NCBI GenBank assembly: GCA_020632415.1
Contig: JACKFO010000002.1
Span: forward strand, 119,947-183,946
Direction of reading: 5' to 3'
Length of the DNA stretch: 64,000 nucleotides
Origin: Candidatus Nomurabacteria bacterium
Lineage (GTDB): Bacteria > Patescibacteriota > Patescibacteriia > UBA1558 > GWA2-36-10
A model generated the notes under the pieces. The model was not told the DNA's origin. It made no database searches and was given only the letters and a program-made list of their open reading frames with translations. The position numbers were made by a program, and so were the translations under genes. Each line of letters opens with the position of its first letter. The first letter of the stretch is position 1. This document shows positions 37,517 through 46,676 of this stretch, piece after piece.

Positions 37517-39377
37517 ACTACAAAAAATTTTACAATCTCTTTTGGTTTTGATTTTATTTACACCCTTGGTTTTAGATTTGCATTTTTACCAACCTTACAT
37601 TAGTGCTAAATATTTTTACTTTATTTTATTGCTTATTTTGGCCCTGCCTTTTGTTTTTGCTTTGTTAAAAAATAAAAAAATTATTTGGCAGAGTAATTTA
37701 GTAAGGGTAGTTTTTGGGTTTTTAGCTTTTTTGCTTTCTAGCCTTTTTTTAAGCATCGATCCTTTAAAAAGTTTTTTTGGTGATTGGCAGCGTTTTGATG
37801 GTTTGCTTTATTTTCTTTTCTTTTTTATTTTCTTTTTGGTCTTAATTTTAGTTTTTGAACAGAAAAAAGATTGGCTTCATTTTTTGCGGGTTAATCAGCT
37901 CGTGGTTCTAGCGACTCTACTTTGGGCTTATGGCCAATATTTTGCTCTAGGTTTTTTTGCTGATGATCAAGCGGGAAGAGTTTTTGCTTTGATTGGTAAT
38001 GCCAATTTTTTAGCGCACTATTTGTTGTTAGCGTTATTTTTGAGTTTATTTTTGGTATATTTTGATCAAAAATTTAAAATTTATCATCTTTTATTAAGCC
38101 TTTTGATTTTTCCTGTTATTTTAATGACGCAATCAAGGGCCGCTTTTCTAAGTTTGGTCTTAGTCTTTTTGATTTTGGCGATTGTGGCAATTATTAAATT
38201 TTGGCAAAAATCCAAAAAAACTAGTTTGGGCTTGATAGTCTTATTATTTTTGTTAGCACTATTTTCGAATCAGATTTTGAGCCATCGTTTTACTAAATAT
38301 TCTTGGCAAGATACAACCATTGAGACTAGATTGGTTGCTTGGCAAGCAGGATTGATCGGCTGGCAAGACAAGCCTTTATTTGGTTGGGGTAGGAACAATT
38401 TTAATTTAGTTTTTAATAAATATTTTGATTTAAAGATTTACAAAGGCGCCGGTACTCGAATGTGGTTTGATAAGGCTCATAATCAGTACCTAGATTATTT
38501 GGTAGAGCAGGGAATTTTGGGTTTGGTATTTTATCTAATATTTTTACTAATACCTTTTAGCTATTTTCAAAAAATTAAGAAAAAACATGGTTTAGCAGCA
38601 AGCATCTTTTTATTTTCTGGCTTAGTAGCAAATATCATTTTCTTATTTTTTAATTTTGATACTTTAAATTCTTATTTATTATATTTTGTTTATTTGGCCT
38701 TGATTTATTATTTGAGTTTTGAAAAAAGCGTAGAACAAAAAGAATTAAAGCAAGATAAATATTTGTTTGTTTTTGGCCTAGTTTTATTGTTTTTTTCTTT
38801 TTGTTATATTTTATTTCCGCAAATTCAAGGAAATTTAGCCTTAAAAAAGATTTTTCTCAGTCAACAGAATAATTTGAGCCTAAAAGATTGGTCTGAACAA
38901 GCAGAGATCGTTGCTCAAAAAACTCCTGAATATCAAGAAGACTTGAGTTTTGTTTTGGCAGAAAGTTTAGAAAAATCATCTTGGGAAATTAATGATCAAA
39001 TTCAAGCTCTGCAGACTTTGAATTATTATGGCAATCAAGCTGCTCAACAACACATTTTGGATGCCAGGTTGCATTATTTAATTGCCAATACTTTTTTACG
39101 TTGGGGTGCAATTTCTTCTGATCTTGATAAATTAGAGAAAGCAAAAAGTTATTATCAAGAGATTTTACCACGACTAACTAATCAAAAACGGCCAGAATTA
39201 GTCTATAATTTAGCTAGTGCTAATTATAATTTATCCTTATTTTTAACAGAGGAATCTGAAAAAAATCAACTCAAAAAAGAGAGTCTATCTGCTTTAGAGG
39301 ATAATTTTAAACGTTTTCCAAAAATTAAAGAAGCCAAAGATAAGTTAGAATATTTTCAATATTTATTTGAACAATAA
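37509..39377 (+). CDS. second Wzy_C-domain membrane protein with a C-terminal TPR-like domain (paralog of the upstream gene)
   Basis: RLVAWQAGL...PLFGWGRNNF...FDKAHNQYLDYLVEQGILGL. It has the same architecture as the upstream gene and overlaps it by 8 nt. Confidence 0.75.
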   Translation: MNKLQKILQSLLVLILFTPLVLDLHFYQPYISAKYFYFILLLILALPFVFALLKNKKIIWQSNLVRVVFGFLAFLLSSLFLSIDPLKSFFGDWQRFDGLLYFLFFFIFFLVLILVFEQKKDWLHFLRVNQLVVLATLLWAYGQYFALGFFADDQAGRVFALIGNANFLAHYLLLALFLSLFLVYFDQKFKIYHLLLSLLIFPVILMTQSRAAFLSLVLVFLILAIVAIIKFWQKSKKTSLGLIVLLFLLALFSNQILSHRFTKYSWQDTTIETRLVAWQAGLIGWQDKPLFGWGRNNFNLVFNKYFDLKIYKGAGTRMWFDKAHNQYLDYLVEQGILGLVFYLIFLLIPFSYFQKIKKKHGLAASIFLFSGLVANIIFLFFNFDTLNSYLLYFVYLALIYYLSFEKSVEQKELKQDKYLFVFGLVLLFFSFCYILFPQIQGNLALKKIFLSQQNNLSLKDWSEQAEIVAQKTPEYQEDLSFVLAESLEKSSWEINDQIQALQTLNYYGNQAAQQHILDARLHYLIANTFLRWGAISSDLDKLEKAKSYYQEILPRLTNQKRPELVYNLASANYNLSLFLTEESEKNQLKKESLSALEDNFKRFPKIKEAKDKLEYFQYLFEQ

Positions 39378-39412
39378 CATCTTTGTTTCACCAGCTAAAA
39401 TATGTTATAATA

Positions 39413-39438
39413 AAAGAGTTATTTAAGACTCTTTTTTG
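39413..39438 (+). terminator. stem-loop plus T-run after the glycan locus (terminator or 5' UTR hairpin of the chemosensory operon)
   Basis: AAGAGT tatttaag ACTCTT TTTTTG. A TGTTATAAT-like element sits immediately upstream at 39403-39411, so the role is ambiguous. Confidence 0.45.
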
Positions 39439-39481
39439 TTTTAAATTCGGATAACAAAAATAAAAATACCATTTTCGTTTT

Positions 39482-40621
39482 ATGCGTCTTTCTGAGACCA
39501 AAATATATTTTAAATTTATCGGTTGGTTTTTGCTAGTCGCTATTTTGCCTTTATTTTTATTATTTTTTGCCTTATTTAGACTTCAGCCAGATAGCTTTAT
39601 TTTTCAAACTACTTTTTTAAATAATGTTCTATTTAGCATTTTCTCCACTTCTGCTCTAGTTTTGACTTTAGCTCTGATTGCTGCTAGGCATTTTTCTTAT
39701 TTGATTACTAAGCCGGTTAAAGTTTCTATTGATGATTTAGAAAAAGTAATTGGCACTTTAAAAAAATCGATTGACAATTTAGCCGAAAGTAATAAGCATA
39801 ACAAGCAAATTGCCTCTTTGCTATTTTCTAGCACTAAAGATCAACAAAAAGGTTTAAATACCGGGGATAAAGCAGTGGGAGAAATTGTTCAATCTTTATC
39901 TTTGATTAATCAAAATATTAACCGAACCCAAAAAAATACTTCGCAAATCAAGGGTTTGGCCAATGAAGGAGAGTCCAAAGCTCAGCTGGCTTTGAGTAGT
40001 TTAGTGGCCATTAAACATCTTTCTACTGAAAACCAAAAATTAAATCAAGCTTTAGCGAGTTACGCGGGGCAAGTTTCCTCAATTGCTGAAAGAGTTGATC
40101 AAATGGCCGAGGCGGTGCGTTATTTAAGCCTCAATGCCTCAATAGAGGCAGCGAAATCAGAGGTTTCTCTAGAATTCGAAGCTTTAGTTCATCAAGTTAG
40201 GCAGATTAATTCCATCAGCCAAGAGGCTGCTTTAGGCATTAAAAAATTTGCTACTAGCATGCAGCAGCAAATTAAAAATTCAGAAAATGCTTCCCAGTAT
40301 GAATTAAAAGAAGCAGATAAAAATATTGGCATTGTTGGCCAAACTATCCAATTTTTGGCTAAAATTACGAAAGATAGTACTCAAATTAGTAAAAATATCG
40401 ACATTATTTGTTCTGAATCAGGAGAAACTAAACAAGCAGCTGATCAAGTTACCGAAGTTATTAAAAACCTGGGAAACAATAGTAAGAATTTAGTTAAAGA
40501 AGCTCAAAATGTTAATCACTTAGTTGAAAAACAAAGTAACAATTTAAGAGTTTTGCGTCGCTCTTTTAACATTTTGAGCGACACAGTGGCTAATTTAGCC
40601 GAAATAGTAGAAAAAAATTAG
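39482..40621 (+). CDS. methyl-accepting chemotaxis protein (PilJ-like; two N-terminal TM helices, minimal sensor loop)
   Basis: The MCP signalling domain is ...VRYLSLNASIEAAKSEVSLEFEALVHQVRQINSISQEAA... Confidence 0.8.
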   Translation: MRLSETKIYFKFIGWFLLVAILPLFLLFFALFRLQPDSFIFQTTFLNNVLFSIFSTSALVLTLALIAARHFSYLITKPVKVSIDDLEKVIGTLKKSIDNLAESNKHNKQIASLLFSSTKDQQKGLNTGDKAVGEIVQSLSLINQNINRTQKNTSQIKGLANEGESKAQLALSSLVAIKHLSTENQKLNQALASYAGQVSSIAERVDQMAEAVRYLSLNASIEAAKSEVSLEFEALVHQVRQINSISQEAALGIKKFATSMQQQIKNSENASQYELKEADKNIGIVGQTIQFLAKITKDSTQISKNIDIICSESGETKQAADQVTEVIKNLGNNSKNLVKEAQNVNHLVEKQSNNLRVLRRSFNILSDTVANLAEIVEKN

Positions 40622-41038
40622 ATGAATAAAACTAAACAAAAATTTATTTTGTTTGATCTAGCAGAGAATAAATATGCTCTAGAAATTTCTGATACTTATC
40701 GTATTTTTGAAGTACAAAGTTTAAGTCCTGTTCCTGGTTCTGATCAGAGAATTGCTGGCCTAAGTTATTTTGACGGTCATTTAGTGACAATTTTAGCCAC
40801 AGATAAAATTTTGAGTTTAAAAAATCAAAATCAAGAAATAAACCAGGCTTTACTAGTCAAAAATGATAATCATTATTATGCATATTTAGTTGATCAAGTA
40901 GCGGATGTAGTTGATGCTTTTTTGCAAAAAAGCAAGACTAAGCTTAATGGTTTAAATAATTTTATTTTAATCAATAAACAAAAAATTTTTGTCCTGGAAA
41001 CGGATTTTTTATTAAAAGAAATATTCGATAATGAATAG
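40622..41038 (+). CDS. CheW-like coupling protein (PilI-like)
   Basis: It is a 138-aa single CheW domain, FILFDLAENKYALEISDTYRIFEV. Confidence 0.75.
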   Translation: MNKTKQKFILFDLAENKYALEISDTYRIFEVQSLSPVPGSDQRIAGLSYFDGHLVTILATDKILSLKNQNQEINQALLVKNDNHYYAYLVDQVADVVDAFLQKSKTKLNGLNNFILINKQKIFVLETDFLLKEIFDNE

Positions 41039-42596
41039 CGAAAAGTATAAAGATTTTTACTTAGAAACAAGCCGTGATCAATTAAGAAAATTGTCTGATC
41101 TTTTTTTGGCTTGGGAGAAGAAAAGTACTGATCCTTATCTTTTGGAAGACATTTTAAGTCTTTTGCACTCAATGAAAGGTGCGGCGGTGACAATGGATTA
41201 TCAAAACACCGGCAAAGCTTTGCATCTTGCCGAAGATGTTTTTTATGCAATTTTGCATAAAGACTTGGAACTTAGTTCACTGATCATTGAAACTTTGTTT
41301 AGATTTTTAGAAAGTTTAGAAAATAATTTTGATTCTTTAGCAAAAAAAGGAAAAGAGTCTTCTTTTCAAGCTGTTTTTAATAATTTGCAAAAAATTGTTA
41401 AAAATAAAGCAAGTAAAAAACAAAGCAAAAAGAAAATTTCTTCAGAAACGATAATTAATTTAAATCACTCCCGTTCTTTTTTTAGAACACCTTTAGAGTT
41501 GGTGATTCCAACTTATCGCTTGGATAAAATTCAGAGCATCGTTGATAATCTATCAATTGCCAAAATAAACATCAATAGCAATATCAAAAATAGCGCTAGC
41601 GATAATTTGTTAAAATCTTGTGCTAATATCGATAAGATTGTTTCAGATTTGCGTCGAGAAATTGAAGAAATTAGACTTTTGCCGGTAGCACAGATATTTT
41701 CACCTCTACCTCGTTTAGTTAGACAGCTTGCTAAAGACGAGGAGAAAAAAGTCGATTTGATCATTGAGGATAATAATTTGTCTTTAGATAAATCTATTTT
41801 GGATGATTTGATGGATATTGTAATTCAGCTTTTGCGTAACGCTGTTGTTCATGGCATCGATAAAAAACAAGACAATGGTCAGATTATCGTTAGAGTTGAA
41901 TTAGTAGATGGTCGAGTGAGATTGATGGTTGCAGATAACGGTCACGGTATTGATTGGCAGGAAGTTGTAAAATTATCCGTTAGAAAGAAAATTATTAGCC
42001 AAGCGGAGGCTAAAAAATTAAACATTTTGGAAATTAAACAGCTTTTGTTTAGTAATCGTTTTTCCTCGCAAAAAGTAGTTACTTTAAATAGTGGTCGTGG
42101 CGTCGGTTTAAGTTTGGTTAAAAAAAGAGTTGATGATTTGAATGGAAATATCAGCTTGGAAAGTTCCAAGGCACATGGCGCACGTTTTATAATAGACTTG
42201 CCACTTTATACCTCTGTTTTTAGAGCTCTTGTTTTTCAACTAGCTGATTTTTATTTAGCAATTCCTTTGGTTAATATTCAAAAGATTATTCGTTTGCCAA
42301 AAATAGAAACTTTTTCTAATCAAAAAAGTTTTGTTTACAAGAAGATAAATTATCGACTTTTGTCTCTGAAAAAGATAATCGGAGCAAATCTTTCTTTGTC
42401 GACGCAGAATTTGTTATTGATCAAATTTAATGATCAGGAAAAATTGTTGGCTGTTCCGCAAAATTTAAAAGAAGAGGAAGTGGTGATGAAAAGGCAGCCA
42501 AAAATTTTGAAAGACAATCCGATTGTTTCTTCAGCCGCAGTAGCCAGTGATGGTCGGGTGATCTTGATTTTAAACATGCACAGTTTAATGCAATAA
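41031..42596 (+). CDS. CheA/ChpA-like histidine kinase (Hpt, dimerisation, HATPase_c and CheW domains)
   Basis: The Hpt is LHSMKGAAVTMDYQ. The dimerisation/kinase core is LPVAQIFSPLPRLVRQLAKDEEKKVDLIIEDNN...LLRNAVVHGI...DNGHGID...GRGVGLSLVKKRVDDLNGNISLES. It ends in a CheW-like domain. Confidence 0.85.
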   Translation: MNSEKYKDFYLETSRDQLRKLSDLFLAWEKKSTDPYLLEDILSLLHSMKGAAVTMDYQNTGKALHLAEDVFYAILHKDLELSSLIIETLFRFLESLENNFDSLAKKGKESSFQAVFNNLQKIVKNKASKKQSKKKISSETIINLNHSRSFFRTPLELVIPTYRLDKIQSIVDNLSIAKININSNIKNSASDNLLKSCANIDKIVSDLRREIEEIRLLPVAQIFSPLPRLVRQLAKDEEKKVDLIIEDNNLSLDKSILDDLMDIVIQLLRNAVVHGIDKKQDNGQIIVRVELVDGRVRLMVADNGHGIDWQEVVKLSVRKKIISQAEAKKLNILEIKQLLFSNRFSSQKVVTLNSGRGVGLSLVKKRVDDLNGNISLESSKAHGARFIIDLPLYTSVFRALVFQLADFYLAIPLVNIQKIIRLPKIETFSNQKSFVYKKINYRLLSLKKIIGANLSLSTQNLLLIKFNDQEKLLAVPQNLKEEEVVMKRQPKILKDNPIVSSAAVASDGRVILILNMHSLMQ

Positions 42597-42597
42597 A

Positions 42598-43260
42598 ATG
42601 AGTGAACAGAAAGTAAAAATTTTATTTGTTGATGATGATAGTTTTTTGAGAAAGGTTTATGATTCAGAATTAACAGAAAATAATTATGATGTAGCTCTGG
42701 CTGTTGATGGTCAAGATGGTTTAGATAAGGCGCGTGATGTTGATCCTGATTTGATCATTTTGGATATGGTAATGCCCAAAAAAAATGGTTTTGAAGTTTT
42801 GACAGAATTGCAATCTGATCCAGAAACAGCTCATATTCCAGTGATTATTTTATCAAATTTGGGTCAGGCAGCCGATCGGCAAAAGGGTCTGGATCTTGGC
42901 GCGGTTGATTATTTGGTAAAAGATAGCACGACTCTAGGAGTAATTATGTCTAGAATTGATAATATTTTACATTCACATACTAGCAGTAAAGAAGTAAGGA
43001 AAAAGAGTCATGAGATGGCGATCAAAGAAGCCAGTAAAATTCCTGAACCAGAAAAAATAGACGAAGCAAAAACTTCTGCTAATATTTTGACTAATGTTGC
43101 AAAACAGTTAGTCAAAAAATCAGAAAGAAAATCTACGGATGATAGACAGATAGAAAGTAGTAGCGGTGGCGCTGGTTTCCAATTTTGTCCAGAATGTGGT
43201 TCAAAAATAAAGATAAATTATAAATTTTGTCCAAAGTGTGGGTATAAATTAGAAAAATAA
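42598..43260 (+). CDS. CheY-like response regulator fused to a C-terminal zinc ribbon
   Basis: The REC domain is ILFVDDDSFLRK...DLIILDMVMPKKNGFEVL...IPVIILSN. The C-terminus is FQFCPECGSKIKINYKFCPKCGYKL. Confidence 0.8.
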   Translation: MSEQKVKILFVDDDSFLRKVYDSELTENNYDVALAVDGQDGLDKARDVDPDLIILDMVMPKKNGFEVLTELQSDPETAHIPVIILSNLGQAADRQKGLDLGAVDYLVKDSTTLGVIMSRIDNILHSHTSSKEVRKKSHEMAIKEASKIPEPEKIDEAKTSANILTNVAKQLVKKSERKSTDDRQIESSSGGAGFQFCPECGSKIKINYKFCPKCGYKLEK

Positions 43261-43264
43261 TTTT

Positions 43265-44950
43265 ATGGCGATAATTTCTGACAACAAAATTCACAATATC
43301 ATTAGTAAAGTAGGTTTGGTACCACTTGATGTTTTGGATACAAGTTTAAAAACTGCTCACGAGAAAAAAGAAGATTTTGTTACTTTTTTGATTAAGCAAA
43401 ATTTGATTAAATCAGAGGAAGTCGGTCAATTAATTGCCAACAATCTTCATGTTCGTTTTGTTAATTTAATCAAAGAGCAAATTAAGCTAGAAATTTTAAA
43501 AATTATTCCAGAGATTGTTGCTCGTAAACAAAAAATTATTGCTTTTCGTCATGATGAAGAGGGTTTAAAAGTAGCAATGAACAATCCTTTTGATTACAAC
43601 ATGGTCAAAATGTTAGAAAAAAAGGTGGGAGACAAAGTAATCCCTTATTATGCTACTGATTACGATATTAAAAATGCTTTTGGTTTGTATCGTAAGGCTG
43701 TTCAGCAAGAATATGCAACACAAATTCAGCAGCACGCGGTACGTGCTCAAGGTTCGCAAGTTGAAGATGTTTCGGTGGTTAGTTTGGTTGATGATTTGTT
43801 TAACTACGCTTACACTAATCATGCTTCGGATATTCATATTGAGCCAGCAGAAGAAGAAATTAAAATTAGATTTAGAATTGATGGTATTTTGCACGATGTT
43901 TTGACTCTACCAAAAAATATTTTGAGTTTGATCGTTGCTCGTTTAAAAATTTTAGCCAAGTTAAGAACTGATGAAACTCGCGCTGCTCAAGACGGAAAAA
44001 TAAACACCAAAGTAGAAGGTGAAAAAGTAGATATCAGAGTATCAATTGTTCCGATCACTCAAGGTGAAAAAGTCGTTATGCGTTTATTGTCTTCCAAAGG
44101 TCAGCAGTTTAGCTTGGAAGATTTAGGGATGAATAGTCGTGATTTAGGTTTGGTCTCAAGAGGAATTAAAAAACCTTATGGCATGATCTTAGTCACTGGT
44201 CCAACTGGTTCTGGTAAGACAACGACCCTTTATGCTTTGATTAAAATTATTAATAGCCGAGATGTTAATATTTGTACAATTGAAGATCCAGTAGAATATG
44301 ATTTAGAAGGAATTAATCAAATTCAAGTTAATCCAAAAACCAATTTGACTTTTGCCGAAGGTTTACGTTCTCTGCTAAGACAAGATCCAGATGTGATGAT
44401 GGTCGGAGAAATTCGAGATGAAGAGACAGCGAGTATTGCTGTTAATTCTGCAATGACTGGTCATTTGGTTTTATCTACTTTGCATACCAATGATTCAGCT
44501 ACTGCTTTACCACGTTTGTTGGACATGAAGATCGAGCCGTTTTTAGCAGCGTCAACAGTGAATGTGATCATTGCTCAGCGTTTGGTTCGACATATTTGTT
44601 TGAAATGTATTGTTAGTTATACTTTAACTGATCAAGAAATTGAAGATTTGAAAAAAATGGTGGATATCGATAAATTTTTGGATGTCGAAAAATTAAAAGA
44701 TATTCGTTTGTATCATGGTAAGGGCTGTGATAAATGTAACAACACTGGCTATACTGGTCGAATGGGCATTTTTGAAGTTTTGGAAGTGGAGGAGACGATT
44801 AGACAGTTGATTGCTGAGCGTGCTGATTCTGATCGAATTAAAGAGGCAGCTCAAAAATTAGGAATGACCACGATGCTTGAAGACGGTTTTGAAAAAGTGG
44901 TATCTGGTCAAACAACTTTAGATGAAATATTAAGAGTAACTCGTCAATAA
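43265..44950 (+). CDS. pilB: type IV pilus assembly ATPase PilB/GspE
   Basis: It has a T2SSE_N-like N-terminus and a Walker A GPTGSGKTTTLYA. The tetracysteine motif is CLKC...CDKC. Confidence 0.9.
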   Translation: MAIISDNKIHNIISKVGLVPLDVLDTSLKTAHEKKEDFVTFLIKQNLIKSEEVGQLIANNLHVRFVNLIKEQIKLEILKIIPEIVARKQKIIAFRHDEEGLKVAMNNPFDYNMVKMLEKKVGDKVIPYYATDYDIKNAFGLYRKAVQQEYATQIQQHAVRAQGSQVEDVSVVSLVDDLFNYAYTNHASDIHIEPAEEEIKIRFRIDGILHDVLTLPKNILSLIVARLKILAKLRTDETRAAQDGKINTKVEGEKVDIRVSIVPITQGEKVVMRLLSSKGQQFSLEDLGMNSRDLGLVSRGIKKPYGMILVTGPTGSGKTTTLYALIKIINSRDVNICTIEDPVEYDLEGINQIQVNPKTNLTFAEGLRSLLRQDPDVMMVGEIRDEETASIAVNSAMTGHLVLSTLHTNDSATALPRLLDMKIEPFLAASTVNVIIAQRLVRHICLKCIVSYTLTDQEIEDLKKMVDIDKFLDVEKLKDIRLYHGKGCDKCNNTGYTGRMGIFEVLEVEETIRQLIAERADSDRIKEAAQKLGMTTMLEDGFEKVVSGQTTLDEILRVTRQ

Positions 44951-44954
44951 AAAT

Positions 44955-46160
44955 ATGTGGTTTTCTTATCAGGTAGTTAATAAAAAAGGAAAGATTATCT
45001 CTGGCAACATTGAAGCAAGAGCAGAGGATCTTGCTCGAACAAAATTAGTCGAAAAAAAAGGTACGGTTTTGTCTTTGAATCAAATTAGTAAGCCAAATAA
45101 AGAGGGCTTGCAAATTGTGATTGGTCGAGTGAAATTGATGGACAAGATGATCTTTGCTAAGCATCTGGCAGTGATGATTCGTTCTGGCATGCCTCTTGAT
45201 GAGTCTTTGGACACTTTGATGCAGCAGAGTAGTCCGCCAATGGCTAAGAGAATTAAGCGTATTTTATTTGACGTCAAACAAGGAAATTCCTTGTCTAATG
45301 CCCTAAGAAAACAGAAGCGTGTTTTTGACACAATGTTTATTAACATGGTTGCTGCCGGAGAAGCGAGTGGACAATTAGAACAAAATTTAAATATCGTTGC
45401 TACTCAACAAGAAAAAAATTATACCCTACGAAGTAAAATCAAAGCAGCAATGCTTTATCCAACGGTAATTTTTTTGGCAATTATTGGTTTATTAGCTGTA
45501 ATTGCAATTTTTGTCTTACCAAAGTTAATCGGCTTTTTTAGTACGCTTAATGCTAATTTGCCATTATCTACTAGGATTTTAATTGCTGGTTCAGATTTTT
45601 TGGTTAATAATTGGCCTTTGGTTTTCGGGGGAATAATTCTTTTGTTTATTGCAATTAAAGTAATGACTCGTTTCGCAAAAACTAGGTTTATTTTGCATTT
45701 AATTTTATTACGCATTCCTATTTTCGGTAAGATTAGTAAAAATATGAATTTAGCGATTTTTTGTCGCTCTTTATCCTCGCTATTAAGTAGTGGAATTACC
45801 ATTGATCAAGCCTTGAATATTGTCTCAGATACAGTGACCAATGATAGTTATAAACATAAAATTAATGCCGTTTATCATCAAGTATTAAAAGGTAGCGCTT
45901 TATCAGAAGTTTTACTACAAGACAAAAGTTTCCCAATTTTGGTTTCTCGAATGAGTAAAGTTGGCGAGCGATCGGGAAATTTAGCAGAAACTTTGGATTA
46001 TTTGGCAGACTTTTATGAGACAGAAGTTGATAATACTACCAAAAACTTATCTACCATGTTAGAGCCAGCCTTATTGGTCTTTATTGGTTTGGCTGTTGGT
46101 TTTGTAGCTATTTCAATTATTAATCCAATTTATGAATTAACTAGTAAAGTTGGAGCTTAG
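44955..46160 (+). CDS. pilC: type IV pilus platform protein PilC/GspF
   Basis: It is 401 aa with 3 TM helices and duplicated GspF domains, ...MAAGEASGQLEQNL.../...SRMSKVGERSGNLAETL... Confidence 0.9.
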   Translation: MWFSYQVVNKKGKIISGNIEARAEDLARTKLVEKKGTVLSLNQISKPNKEGLQIVIGRVKLMDKMIFAKHLAVMIRSGMPLDESLDTLMQQSSPPMAKRIKRILFDVKQGNSLSNALRKQKRVFDTMFINMVAAGEASGQLEQNLNIVATQQEKNYTLRSKIKAAMLYPTVIFLAIIGLLAVIAIFVLPKLIGFFSTLNANLPLSTRILIAGSDFLVNNWPLVFGGIILLFIAIKVMTRFAKTRFILHLILLRIPIFGKISKNMNLAIFCRSLSSLLSSGITIDQALNIVSDTVTNDSYKHKINAVYHQVLKGSALSEVLLQDKSFPILVSRMSKVGERSGNLAETLDYLADFYETEVDNTTKNLSTMLEPALLVFIGLAVGFVAISIINPIYELTSKVGA

Positions 46161-46676
46161 ATGAGATTTTTTTTAAAAAATAATAAAGGCTTTTCTTTGT
46201 TAGAGATGATTTTGGTCGTTGCAATTTTTGTGATTATTTTATCTTCAGTCGTTGGTCTACTAGGAGACAAAACTGTGCGAGAAGATTTGTCAGCAAAAGC
46301 TCAAGAGGTGGTAAATATTATTTCTCGCGCTCATGATTATGCCGTTAATTCTTATTATGGAGATAATTGGGGGGTAAAAATTTTGGATGCTAGTACAGAT
46401 TGTTATACCGATGGTTCAAGTGGTGATTGTTTAATTATTTTCAAAGGAAAGTCTTATGATTCGCGTAGTTCTGATTACGATGAAAAAGTTTTATTAGATA
46501 CTTCGGTATTTATCGATAGTGATCAAACTAATGAATTTTATTTTCAAAGGATTTCCGGTTGGCTTTCAACTACTACTGGCGCCTTAGCTGAACAAGCGAT
46601 TATTTTACAAACCAATTTAGGAAGTCAAAAGATAGTTACCACCACTCCTACGGGCTTGGTTTATTATGGAGATTAA
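46161..46676 (+). CDS. prepilin-type N-terminal cleavage/methylation-domain protein (minor pilin)
   Basis: MRFFLKNNKG|FSLLEMILVVAIFVIIL is a class III signal peptide with Glu at +5. Confidence 0.8.
   Translation: MRFFLKNNKGFSLLEMILVVAIFVIILSSVVGLLGDKTVREDLSAKAQEVVNIISRAHDYAVNSYYGDNWGVKILDASTDCYTDGSSGDCLIIFKGKSYDSRSSDYDEKVLLDTSVFIDSDQTNEFYFQRISGWLSTTTGALAEQAIILQTNLGSQKIVTTTPTGLVYYGD

Noticed and set aside
22628-39377. Interpreting the glycan locus as a classical LPS O-antigen cluster.
   Set aside because: The window has no lipid-A or core biosynthesis genes, no Wzz and no waaL context. The locus is flanked by a Thr/Ser-rich surface-protein gene and a pilus locus, so protein or cell-surface glycan glycosylation is the more parsimonious reading. 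This cannot be excluded without the full genome.
39403-39411. A TGTTATAAT extended -10 box proposed as the promoter of the chemosensory operon. The same 9-mer at 51807-51815 is 7 nt before the pilM ATG.
   Set aside because: The 39403 copy lies upstream of a stem-loop plus T-run, so a transcript from it would read into a terminator-like hairpin. The 51807 copy is too close to the ATG. The 9-mer is A/T-rich and may recur by chance. The promoter calls at 16407, 23892, 53595 and 54741 were retained with low confidence.
43613-43904. Two overlapping ORFs inside pilB (93 aa on the minus strand, 84 aa on the plus strand in another frame).
   Set aside because: They are contained within the well-supported PilB ATPase gene and their translations are low-complexity.
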